From Trypethelium eluteriae (Eukaryota): a DNA stretch of 64,000 bases. The stretch is from assembly GCA_051942245.1 (NCBI GenBank), contig JAVECL010000018.1:1-64000 (forward strand). The letters are read 5' to 3'. Below the pieces are notes generated by a model. It was not told the DNA's origin. It saw nothing but the letters and a program-made list of their open reading frames with translations, and ran no database searches. Made by a program: the position numbers and the translations under genes. This document shows, piece after piece, positions 13,660-25,679 of the stretch; within the stretch, counting starts at the first letter, position 1, and each line of letters begins with the position of its first letter.

Positions 13660-13886
13660 GGATGCTCGACTGCAGGGGGGATGCTCGACGCCAGGGAGGA
13701 TGTTCGACTCAAAGGGAGTGCTCAACTCAAGCGAAAGTTCTCAATCAAATGGACGATGCTCAACTCAAGGAAGAATGCTCGGCTCAAGAGAAGATGCTTG
13801 ATTCAAGAAAGGGTGCTCGACTCAAGGGGAGCTACTCGACTCAAGAGAAGGTCCTGGACACAGGAGAGAGCTCTCAAGTCCAGGAA
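13660..13886. repeat. Degenerate 19-bp minisatellite (~12 copies, consensus ~gatgctcgactcaagggag)
   Basis: Tandem units visible directly, e.g. ggatgctcgactgcagggg / ggatgctcgacgccaggga / gatgctcaactcaaggaag / aatgctcggctcaagagaa. Confidence 0.8.
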
Positions 13887-14091
13887 ACATGATACCCTCG
13901 ACGGAGAAGACAGAAATCCAGGCTGACCACTCACTCCAAGGAAGAAAGAGACGACCTGAAGAGCAAAATGCAGGAATGGCATTAATCGATAATCGTGCTG
14001 CATTGAAAATCTTCTCCCGATAAGCGTATTCGTTCGGTGACCGTGTCTTCGAAAGACGCATTGCCTTTGAAGAAGGACACAATTAAAAAGA

Positions 14092-14236
14092 AGATCGGAA
14101 GACGGAAAGATGGGAAGATAGGGAGATGGGAAGCTGAGAGGCCGAGAGGCTGAGAAGCTGAGAAGATGAGAAGAGGAGAAGATAAGACTCTGAGGAGCTG
14201 AAAATATGAGAAGATGGGAAGATAAGAAGAGAAGCA
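14092..14236. repeat. Degenerate 8-bp purine-rich tandem repeat (gatgagaa/gctgagaa/gatgggaa, ~17 copies)
   Basis: Direct inspection of the sequence. Confidence 0.75.
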
Positions 14237-14249
14237 GGAACATCGTACG

Positions 14250-15450
14250 ACGAAATGCACATCAGGGGAGAATATTAGGGAGATCGACGAGGCCCTTCCG
14301 CGAAACAGACCTCAAGAGTAGATGAGAAGCATATATCCGGCATCTTGCAGCAATAACCATGCAGAGAAAGATGGGGACAAATCGAGGAACATCTCCAAGT
14401 CATCTTTGCTTGGTAGATATGGCTACGGGCAGACCTTCTTGTGAATCGGACCTTTAATCGTACAGAGAAAATTCATATCGTGCATAAGGACCATTACCAT
14501 CAACCGGCGCGCTTCGATACAGCCACCGACCTGCTCTTGTTAAGTTTTGAAATGACAGAGAGCCCTTTACCTCTGTGAAATCCAAAATCTAAGAGCCTCT
14601 CCGAATGCCTTCCTCATCACGCTGCTTGTTGGAAGCGTCGAGGAGTCTTGGAAAACAACTTCACACTCCCAGATCAATCAGCGTAACTCCTGTTGAAGCT
14701 CTTTGCGACGAATAAGAAGAAGTCTTCGATATACCGGAGCTGGAAGACTTTCGGCCAAGCTAGGAATGCTGGAGCATAGTATTGCCAAGACCGGAAAGAA
14801 GATATTTAGGCTGCACATTGGAAAAAGGGCTCTGATTTCTGCAAACACTGCGAAGTAAGGGCTATTTGGACTGAGAAGGTCGAAAACAATCCGTCGTATG
14901 GGAAAAGAAGTATCTACTCGTGCCCATGAAAGCATCATTAAAAAAAGGAAAAGCGCCGACTAATCGAGGCCGAGAGGTTCAAATAGCTGGATCTCAGGGT
15001 TAAACCCCCTTCATCGATCAAAGAAATATATGTCAAGACGCCTTCCTCAAGTTTTCCATGTCGTCTAGCCGCAAATATGGTCCCGTTCCAAGCCTGTCTA
15101 ATCCGGTAAGAAACGTCGCCGCAGGTCTTTACGTGGATCGGAAGACCATCAAATGTGTCGCGAACTTGGAGATCAGGATTGTAAGTGATGTTGCGAGGAT
15201 AACGCTGTCGATTACCTGGATTTGACGGACGTTAGCCTCTATTCCTGCGCGAAATATCAAGTCCTTGACCAATTCCCTGGAGTTACACTGGAGAAGACGC
15301 TTGCCATGGGGACGCTTGAGGATCAGTCCATTTCGTCAAATTCCAAACAAAGTGTCCTCCAGAACGGGAGATGACGCTCGTCCGGATCCTTGAAATAGCT
15401 TTTGCGACTCTTGCTTGGATAAGTCATCAAGATCGCCCACAAACTAAAGT
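14250..15450 (+). pseudogene. Decayed DUF3723-like gene (Starship-associated family)
   Basis: Collinear broken segments SRVDEKHISGIL; PPTC...LYLCEIQNLRASPNAFL; VEALCDE*EEVFDIPELEDFR; QIWSR; VDRKTIKCVANLE...SDVARI; WI*RTLASIPARNIKSL resemble the recalled DUF3723 motif order. Many stops and frameshifts. Confidence 0.4.
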
Positions 15451-16299
15451 TGTTCAGGCGTTCTCAGAGAAATGGCGACAATGAGACATGGCACCGGACG
15501 GCGAAGCTTGAGACTCAGCTTTGCTTTGGAATTCGTCCTCTCCAATTGATCTTTACCATTCCAGGCCTCCTTTATCAGTCATCGACCCGATGCAGCCCAT
15601 TCACAGTAGAACCAGCTCCGGATGTCTCGACGGTATAATAAGACCATACTGGCATGCTCTTTTGACTCCGCATTGCATGTCAAATCGTCCCATCGCAGCA
15701 GCAGACGATTGTCCGGAATGGAGATGTATACCCTCGAGCAGCCTCGACTATCCTAATCAGGAGGGAGAGTCACTATCGCTCAGGAGTGCTCGCAGTTTCA
15801 GCGCCTTGTTGATACTGAACCAACGGTGTTTGATTGGGTTGGCCTTGTTACTTGTGGATCGATTTCCGGCGCAGACTGCATCCAAAATTGACTTTATCGT
15901 CTCCGCTACTTGAGCTGTATCTCTTGATCAAGACGATGTGCTGCCCTTCGTAGAATAAAGAGCTGCTCGTGCACTGTCCGGCCGTTTCTGTGCTTTTGAC
16001 GTTGTTCTTTGGCACACGATCAATGTCCCTGCGTACTTGGGCTTGCTTGCTACGGATAGCTATAGTCCCCCTTCTGGCCGCTCAACATCATACAGGCAAA
16101 TGTGCTGCCCCCAAAGTGTGTGTCTGCTCCTCTTGCTCTGCGCAACCTAGGATGCCGATCATCGGGAACTGTGGAGGCAATTTGGCACCAGGGTGTGCGT
16201 GGTGTTGGAGCTTCCGTTTGCTGCGATGTCATCGCTGCAGCCAGCCGAATCTAAAGAAGCTGGACATATAATTTCCTTCTGTTCTGAAAAATAACAGAT

Positions 16300-18700
16300 A
16301 TCATGTCTTTCGTATTTCGTAAATTTCTTTTTGTCTCTTGCTCTTGCATCGTACCACAAGGAGGATGGTTCCGGGCGGTCATGGTTGCCGGATTTCTCTG
16401 GATGGATATGATCCGGAAGTTTGGACCCGATGAATCTGGATGACGGACTGCTGGCCATCCTGGAACAAGTGCTAAAGCAACGGAAATATGCGGCTCACCT
16501 CTACTGGAACTATAAATCATGTTAGCCGCTTTCTTGACGAGATCGTTTCTTGGGGAGGAAACTCACTCGATCTCGGATTCGGTTAAAGAGATTCTGGCAC
16601 CATACACTATGTCAGAGTTAGCCAAATTGGTAGCCGTTGGCTCTGCTTCTCTGCGATGGCTTACCCATCGCAGGGAAACAATCCCATATTCTGGGCTACC
16701 GCCGGCCAATTGATCTGCCCTAGGTCAGTGTCCGGTCGCTTCATAATACTACACCACCAATAGGATTATTGTTGCTCGTATAGCGGAGCACCGCTATCAC
16801 AAGCTGGGATAACTCCCATTCTCTCTCACAAACGGCCTCGAGGACCATTACGTCGGCGGGAGTCTGCCATGTATTAATGCTGCAAACTCAAGTGGCGAGT
16901 GGTCGATCGAACAATCACTCCGGTATTCATGCCCTCCACAAGCATCTTGAGGAAATACCATTCCCTTCGCTCTGTCCGCATGTTTCTCCATTCCAGAATC
17001 TGCCAAATTTCAGATCCGGACACCCAATAATCTGGGATGGAGCAGGCACTGCTGACTTACCTGCTCAGCGATCAGGCTGTGAAGGAATGTCGATTCAGTA
17101 ATCTGCCTGATGTCAAATCGAGACATCCAGTAATCTGGAATAGAGCAGGCATTGGCGCCTTACCTATGCCATTTTTTTTGGTATCTGATTCGTGGTTGTT
17201 TGTTGAATGTCTTGGGAGTAGTGGAGGTGGTGAAAGGACACCAGCCGCTCCGCATCACCCGAGCTACAATGTACCACAACAGACGACCATGCCAGTCCCG
17301 CTCGCTTTTCAGGATTACTTGAGCTACTGATAGACTGCCATGGAAGAAATGGAAATTGCAACCGCGTGCTCAACTGTCTACATACACAAATTTACGAATT
17401 GCACGCTATCATCAGGGCTTGATTCAAGGGACCCATGGCTGTTCTGATAGATGCAACCCTTCTCCATACTCGCACTCAAGACACAAGCGACGGTGAAGAA
17501 ATGCTATCAGACAACGAGTGGACATCCGGGTTTCAAGGATTCACAGCGAGACCTAGATCACACTGAAGCCTGTTCTTTCGAAGATGCCTCTGCTATATGG
17601 GTAAAGTGACAAGGAGTTATGCCAATAACAATAGGCGACTCAGCTTGGGGTCTCTCTTGGAATGGCCATGGCTCGATGACATCCTCTTAAGATACTATAA
17701 AGCTCGACTCATCTTCTTGATGACATGGCATGGACGATTCTTGCATCGTTCGATGAGGTCTGGTTCCCACGCTTGGCGTGCCATTCCTCATCTAAGTGTA
17801 CAACCTGCCTACCCACTCGTAATCAACCACACGCTTGTATCCTAAAGTATCCCATGTCTTGTACTACCCAGTGCAGTCTAGGGGCATCACGCTGGCTCTC
17901 CAATTCAAGCTCTTCTCAATACCATGTGACGTCCACCCAGTCTTCGTTCAGGCCTTTTTTAGAGGAACACGATTGCTGGGTGCCGAACGTTGTGTGTGTC
18001 AAATAGGCTTGCTGGATGCTGTAGAGACGCCTGCGGGAGCATCTTCAGATTCCGAGCCGCTGCGTAGCGAAGAGAGCGCGCTGGCATGGGTACCGATTTG
18101 TCGCATGAGCTGCGGCATCGTGAACGCAAGCCTAAGAGTCTGTTAGCTCGCATGTCCTCGTGCAACGATTCGAATAGGACATTATGGATACAAAGCCGTG
18201 CGTTTTGAGCCCAGCACAAAGGCAGAAGCAATGGTATCGAATGGTGTGGTGCCCCGTTGTCACCGTACCTCGAAGTCGCAAGAAATGGCATGCCGGCAAA
18301 GAGATCAGCAATATTTTCGAGCCTGACCGCTTGCCTAAGGACCCAGGCGACTCACCTAATACTCGTAAGCTGCTGCAGATTCGAACTTTTGAGACCCGTC
18401 CATCGGTTGTTGTACGCAATGATTCCTCTGAACATAGCCTCGAGAAGTTTTAGCTATGTGGAAAGCCGCGACAGTATGGAGGGCCACGGAGGTCTGGACT
18501 TATCTGGAAAGCTTTTGTGCGATAGAATGGATGTTGTTCCAGCTTGTGACAGCGATACTCCACTACACGATCAACAATAATCCCCATTTGAGCGCTCAGT
18601 TGAGCGTCTGCACCTTTTTTCAACGCGTTCGGCATTCGCGTGGGGCTCTCGAGCTTCACGTCGGCACTTGTCGCAATACAACTCCGTCTGTAACTTCACT
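16300..18700 (+). pseudogene. Decayed DUF3435-like tyrosine recombinase (Starship captain-like); best-supported part 17290-18700
   Basis: Collinear fragments across frames: PV..QDLLELL; QPRAQLS; DSR-P-MAVLIDA; acidic linker DTSDGEEMLSDNE; EACSFEDASAIWVK; DILLRYYK; C-P-VSHVL; C-terminal YTINNNPHLSAQLSVCTFFQRVRH..LELHV. Confidence 0.45.
16997..17155. repeat. Imperfect direct repeat pair (~55 bp) at 16997 and 17101
   Basis: aatctgccaaatttcagatccggacacccaataatctgggatggagcaggcactg versus aatctgcctgatgtcaaatcgagacatccagtaatctggaatagagcaggcattg. Confidence 0.65.
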
Positions 18701-18797
18701 TTCATATCAACAAATAGACATGGAATTCATCAGGCTTCTTCCCCACCCTCGCGCACAAGGCACAGGCAGATGATGAAAAAAGTTGATAAAAATTGTG

Positions 18798-18947
18798 GTT
18801 TCCAAAAATTAATTAAGGCTCGATGGCCGATAGCGATCCTCCGATATCCCAAAGGACGTCAGTGGATCGGTTTCCAAAAATTTAGAAGGCCCTAAGGCTC
18901 AATGGCTAACTGCGTTCCACCGATATCCCGAAGGACGTCAGTGGATA
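18798..18947. repeat. Imperfect tandem duplication (~70-78 bp x2)
   Basis: ggtttccaaaaatt...aaggctc.atgg...ccgatatccc.aaggacgtcagtggat occurs twice in tandem. Confidence 0.8.
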
Positions 18948-19214
18948 CCTAGAGAAAAGTCAGAAACAGTCTTCAAAAGGGGGATTCATGCTTCTGCAGA
19001 ATCTGGTCAGGCCTCAGGGATGGGTAAGCCCATCAGCAATTGACCGAACTGCCTCTCATGCCTAATCACGGCCCGTAGATACTGGGAGGGCGCATGATCA
19101 TCGAGCTATAGGCAGAGGAACGCATGAGGAAAGAAGAAGAAGAAGCTGAGGGCAGGGGGGAAGTGAATATATCTCGACGAATACGCTAGGCACTAGCTTC
19201 AATAGCTAAGCCAG

Positions 19215-19255
19215 GGGTGGCGGGCAAGGGTGGCGGGCAAGGGTGGCAGGCAAGG
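19215..19255. repeat. 13-bp tandem repeat x3 (gggtggcgggcaa)
   Basis: Direct inspection of the sequence. Confidence 0.8.
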
Positions 19256-22200
19256 CCGTCTGCCATGAGGTGCTCATACTCACCGAAGCTCTACGCACCG
19301 TCGGAGGGTAGAACTCCGTGGAAATTCGTCGAATCCATACAATCAGTAGCGAAAGGAGCACTTGATATTCAACCACTTTGGGGTTCTACATGATTCCAGA
19401 CGAGATCGAAACCAATGAGGGAACTTCGACAGATACAGTAGCAATCTGATCAATAAATTACCATGGTCGTCCACATGGAGAGCCAAGCACTTGCATTTGT
19501 CCGTGATAATGAGTGTCTTACCATCTCAGGTTCAGTCCTTCCAGAAACAACTATAGAGGCTATGCTTTGAGCTCAATGACTGAAGCGTGCATTGCTTTCA
19601 AACTCAGGATGAAGCAACGCGTGGTATAACTACCCAGACGGATATTGTGTTGGACAGTGCTGAAAATCTTCCGGTGTGTCAATGTCTGCATACAGTCTAC
19701 AAGACCATGGTGTGCATCGAAGGTCCAGCAGCCACCAACTATAGAATTGCGTACTTTAGAGTTCAGATATTCTTTTCTGGATGGGGAAGCTTTTCTCTGC
19801 GAGCCTTTCCTCTGCTTAGGATAGCAAAACAATCTTGCATTCCTCCAGTCCCGAGTGCCAGACGGTGTAAATCGCACGCAAACTTCGCGTATACCTCCTC
19901 GTGGCGTAATCGACACATAAGATTAGAAGCTATCATCCCTCAAGCTGCGAGGGCTTTTCACAGGGGCAAATGACGTGTGCTCGAAGACGAGAAACGAAAC
20001 TGAAGGTTTCGGCCGTTCAGATATATTTGCCAACTATTTACTACGACTCGCGCTCAGGTGCGAAAACCTGTCCTGGCCTAGAGATCAGTAGCTTGAAGCA
20101 GAACTCGGCGATGCTTGCTAGATACAAAGAGCCTCCTAGCTATCACGGCTTTGTTGTGATCATTGATCTCTGTCTAATCTCCTGTCCTTGATTCAACCCT
20201 GCCGTCAAGGTATTGGCCAACCACGCGAGGCGTCGTGCCAAGCTGTTTGCCTCTTCAATACACCATTCAATATTGACTGTATGCCCTTCGTACCGTGCTG
20301 TGGGCGTCGAGTCTTCGAGGACCGCTGCGAGTTTGGATTGGGGTTTCAGCGCGAGCTGCTCAATATTGGGATATCCGGTCCCTTCTTTCGGAGAAAGGGT
20401 ATGACTCTGGAGAGGCTCCGAATTGGCTGCGTCGCGATGCTCTACGAGAGATTGACGTTCTGGCTTTTCCCACTGAGACTGCCATCTAAAGGTACTTCTG
20501 TGATGGCAAAGCTTAGGATATGCCATGCGCAATTTCTTCTTCACACGACCAACTTGTATCCTATTCGTAAACAGTAGACGAAGTACCGACCAATCCAGCC
20601 TGATTCCTGATTTTTTGGCCTGCGTCCGCCCAACTGGAGATGATCTTCAAGTATGCCTCAGATTAAGTGCCCTGGGGCGCTTGATTGTTTCCGCAATTCT
20701 CAGAGGGCTTCTTGTCAAATATCGCCGTGGCGCTGCGGGCAGAGGTTCATTTGATGGTGTACCGTTGTGAGTGTCTGAATCGATTCGCTGGTGGCGCTTC
20801 TTGTCCTGCATAGCAGCAGTAGTCAAGGGTAGAGGCTGTAAAGAAGGTCTCTCGACACTAAGACGCAGATTAGTTGGCAGGTCATCCTCTTGATATTGCT
20901 CACATCTGGATGGACTAGCAAAGTGGCTCTGCGGCACCTTTGTGTCCACCCGTGGCCCATTGGTGAAGCGGAGGTTGTGGCAATCCTGCTTTGCCCCAGA
21001 TCGCGTCTCATCCACGAATGCAAGTACTAGTGCCAGTCTCTTGATTTTTGAGGTGGGCGAACACATACTGTTGCCCTGATCTTAGGAAGGACAGAGCGTT
21101 GGACATTCTGCACTGGCCCTCCTCAAAGGCCGGCGAACGGCCCAACAACCTGGGTCTAAGACCAGTCACTCTGTCGGATCAGCCCATTTCGCTCTCCTCT
21201 AATGATAAAATGGAAACTTATTGCCTGGTCTCATGCTCAGGAACATCTAGACTACGTTAGGCTTGCTGTACAGGAACCGACAGTCCCAGTCTGAATGCGT
21301 GGTGTCACGGCTTCCAGCATTTGGAAACACGCCTATAGGAGTTTGGGTGATTCCCATGGTTGCCACACAGAATGTACTACAAGTGGACTTGCCCGGGTCA
21401 TTCAAGGAGAGAAGGAGAGGCCTGAGAGGACTGAAATGCGGTGACTTCCCTTGGTATCTAAGCGAACTTCCACTGGTTTCCTTCTCCAAGCTCCCACAAT
21501 AAAGCAGAAGTCATGATGAAAAAGAGTGAAGTGGTGCCATCGAAAATTGTACCCCGAGGCTCCTCATACGGAGAGACTCGTACAAGTCACAAGCCCACGT
21601 TGTGCAATGCAGTTGCGACTCGCATAATTCCGAATTCTTGAGCTCAGAATCCCAAGCGGGGGGGAGTATGAGGAAAGAAAGATTAGGAGGGGAGAGGAGC
21701 GTGGCAACCTTTAAATACTTCACAGGCCGCGCTAGCCACTAGCGTAATCACGTCCTACTTCTCACCGCGGTTATCGACTCGATGGTATCACTGGGGCTGA
21801 GAGCGTGTATTAAATGGTCTTTAAGAAGTAGAACACTACCTGCGGACTGCCCCCATCAGAGATCTTCGGGATTCGTCGCTTGGGAGATAATCTAGTCCCT
21901 AAAAATTACCTATACTTTCTGGACTCTGACCGGATCAGACCACACTCATTAGCTTGTTAGGATCGATGACAAGTATCCTCCCGTTGTCAAGGGGTTCCAC
22001 GGAGCATCTAAGCAATCGGATCTGCACCGCGAAGAAAGGTTCTATTGAAGGAGACGACAAAGGTCTTAGCGGAGATATTCGTGGTTTCTTAGCAAATCCT
22101 TGGCATCTCCGATGTGATCTCCTGTTGTTTGATACATGCGAAGATGCAAACAAAACTGATATCACGTGACTGGACGCCCCTGAATCTCAGAACGCGACAT

Positions 22201-24534
22201 CCATGTTATTTGCTCCCAGTCATCTACAGGTTCTGCTTCGTGACGGTGTGGCACTTAGACTCAACTCGCGGATCACATATGTGCATCACTATCAACCTAC
22301 TTGAGCAGTGTCTTCTCGCGTTTGAATGCCGTACATTTAGCATCCCGTCTTCAGCTTCCTTGGACTGATTGTCACAACACCGCACTCTGAACCTTAAGAA
22401 GATCCTATCGGCTCGGTACCTTATTCAATATTGTTTGCGAGACCTCGTGCACACAACTGGAGGCACTTCACCGCATCAGGTTACGCATGTCATCACCCCG
22501 CGGCCAGGGCTAGGAGAAGTGAGGCTGCCCTGGCGCTCAGGTCACAGCGGAAAACAGACTTTCGGCCGCGTCACCTGCAGATTGTATCAGTGATCGAGCC
22601 TCGTGTATGGAGGTATTCTCGGTCGAAACGTGTGAGCTGCCTTTCATGAATGAGTCAATGGATACTATGCAAACCAGGATGTATCATTCAACCTTCCGCT
22701 ATCTTGAATACAATGGCAACGCCCTGTCTGTCTTCCGAGAAGTGGGATGTTTGCCAGAAGCAGAGATTGCAGAAACCGGAAAAGGATCTTTACTGCCAAC
22801 ACTGTCTTGCCTTCGCAAATAATGAAAGGGGTCGATTATTCATTGCTGCTTAAAGTGACGGTGGTCAGGCTGCAGCAATGTTCCTCACCTCTTTGATTGT
22901 CCTCGGTGTTCGGCACACCACTGCTGCCCTGCCTCGTTGATCCTGTGGATCACCTCTATCCTCCGCGCCAGCCAAGAAGTGGAGCTAATTTCTGTACTAC
23001 CCGGACGCAAACGTTAGTCACCGCCTAGGAACAAAGGTTTTGGAGGCTGGGAAGCACATGTGAGAGTCCACTCAGGGGTAATGATGAAGCATTACGGAGC
23101 TCAGCCTGCGATTTGACGAATAACAGTGTCTATACGTTGCACACCGAACACGCCCGATTTTAGTTGAGGCTGGGTCTGGGCTTGCTTGGAGGAGCTTTAT
23201 CACGTCGACTGACATGCCGAGCCGCTATTTTGTGGCAACCTGGTGATCCTCTGCTGCAGACATGGTCTGACGTTCGCCTGAATTGGCTATTTCAACAAAG
23301 TGTGACTGTCTTCAACGGTGGATATCGTGTAATTTAGTGTTTTGAATAGTCAAACTTTGTCAATTTCGTGATACCCGAGTGGGTCTGATGACGCTTAGAG
23401 TGGTAAATCACATCAGTAGGCGTGCGTTTGCTGCTAAGCATGAATACAGCGAAATCCGCAGATTCTCCAAGTTTCCCACAATCTCCTCAATCTCTTCAGC
23501 CTCCCTCAGAAACCTTTTTCCATCATCATACCACCCAAACATATTATAGATGCTTAGACTTCTTGCTCCTCGTGATATACTTACTCTTCTATTGGCCTTC
23601 ACTATATCCACACATGCTTTGTCTGTTGTGACATTGCAGCTTCGCGTGATGCCAGTCCCAGGTGTCAGTGTAGGTTCATATCGAGTCAATATCTTATATA
23701 TTTGGCGATATGATCCAAGCCTGTCAGTTATCGCAAACTATTCAGAAAAAATGAGTGACATACTAATCCATCTTACAGCTTACTCGCTACGGAGAAGTCT
23801 ACTACGAAGGCAAATTGTATGAGACCAATTTACGACATCTACGTCCAGGCGAGCTGCAGCTTTTGGGCTGATCTGCAAATTCTTGGCTGGCTCATCTCCT
23901 GGAATTTTCAGGACTATGTAAAAAGCCAACTCAGGAAGATCGTAAGTGTTTTCGCAATTTAAGAATTTTGATGTATGTGAATTTTCGACTAATTTTCATA
24001 CAGAATTTCGAAACTTCGTGCTACGGAGATGACCCGAACTTAAAAGCCTATCATTTGCGCGAGCCTCGTGGTATTCGTCTGTGCGCTGAGCTCGATACCG
24101 GTACAGTTTTCTGCGACCCCTTCGCATACGGCGCAATAAGAAAAATATCAAGGTACAAACAGTACAGCGGTACGAGAAACAGACGCGTGCAACTATCTTT
24201 TACGATATGACCTGCATCGAATGGCAGGAACCTTCTTCAAAGAAGGCTTCATTGTCCGGAACTCTCCAATTCCGGACTCTTCGGCCAAAGCAACCGGCTT
24301 TTATTCGTGGGGTGGCTTTGGACTTCCACCTCGAGCGAGTTCGCGAGGTGGCTTTGGATTTCCACCTCGCACTAAGGAGAACGATACTCCTCTCGATAGG
24401 AATGACTCCGTTGGCGAACGGGACGATATCCCAAGCCAACAGAGCTGAAGCTGCTCGCCTTGCCTGGCATCAGCACTCTAAGGGCCGGCTACAAGCATCC
24501 CGTGTATGCTGACATTGTCAACTGGCCCTAAAAG

Positions 24535-24650
24535 ATCGGTCGCCTTTGCGATAAACGCAACGGCAAATGTCCCGTTTGTGACTCCTACGTGTGACCCATG
24601 ACCCTTGTGCATATCTGTGCCGAGTGTTCCTTCGACAAGTACCCAAGATC
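24535..24650 (+). pseudogene. RDS3: Fragment of splicing factor PHF5A/Rds3
   Basis: Translates [35 protein letters not shown], close to the conserved [34 protein letters not shown]. Has an in-frame TGA and is truncated. Confidence 0.85.
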
Positions 24651-25164
24651 GAGGGCTTAATGACACTTTCGGAACGTGTCGAGAAAGAGATGGCTGTATA
24701 TGATACCGCTTATGGTGTCTTTGTTACCATCCCTTCCCTCGAGCAGGTCTACTTCGGTACGGGAAGAATCAAAGCATGGAAAAGGCCGGATAAGGAGGGC
24801 CGAGCATGCATCTGCTTCTTGCACAAATGGGATGTGCCACATAGCAAGTCCAATGTACACGGCAACAACCCCCAAGAGCCACAATATACACAGCGCGTTC
24901 TGGTGCTGTACCTCCAATGGGGTTCCCATCAGGAGCCGTAGCCCCCGAAGTCAACCATCTTGGGGACATGACAACTGAGAGCCAGAATATCGACGTGGGT
25001 GCTTTAGGTAACTAATGATGCCTTTGCTTGAATATCTTCCCCAGGATTTCTTCAATAATTTAACATTGGGGACGGGGATATGTATCCACAACAGCTCAGA
25101 AGTTCTGATACTGTATCGCCGACAATGTCGACCGAAGAAGCGTCTATCTCTCAGGACGTAAATA

Positions 25165-25679
25165 AGCTCGTCTTTCAGACGGGCATGGTAGGGTACCCGG
25201 AGTCCATCGTCGGCCCTTCATGTCGTGGCCATATAGCTCGTCTTTCAGACGGGCATGGTGGGGTACCTTAAGCGAAGCATATGATGATCGCTCTTACGGT
25301 CGTCGCGAAGGATATGGATCTCGCCATATTGACCGTTACGCATCATCTTCGCGCGATTATGGCGGTCCTTATATGCTTCAGTTGTCAGAATTCGGACGGT
25401 GATTTAAGAAAATGCCGTGGACATTCGACCAAAAGGATATGGGATGGTCAGTAAACAGGACATACACTGTTTACGAAGCCACGGTCGGTTTTAGAAACCC
25501 CCTACGCGCGGCTATGCACCCGGAGTCTATTGTCGGCCCTTCACACCGTGGCCAGAGAGCCCGTCTTTCAGACGGGCATGGTAGGATACCCAGAGTCCAT
25601 CACTGGCCCTTCATACTGTGGCTAGATTTCTGTTGCGGCCTTTCCCCTTGTTGGCAACTACGGTGTGCCATCCCGCGAA
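25165..25679 (+). pseudogene. URA2: Repeated fragments of the URA2/pyrABCN carbamoyl-phosphate synthetase small-chain N-terminus
   Basis: [22 protein letters not shown] (25165), [10 protein letters not shown] (25235), [12 protein letters not shown] (25515), [38 protein letters not shown] (25556-25679). Confidence 0.85.

Noticed and set aside
13660..13886. CRISPR-like periodic array
   Set aside because: The units are contiguous degenerate tandem repeats without unique spacers, the context is eukaryotic, and there are no cas genes.
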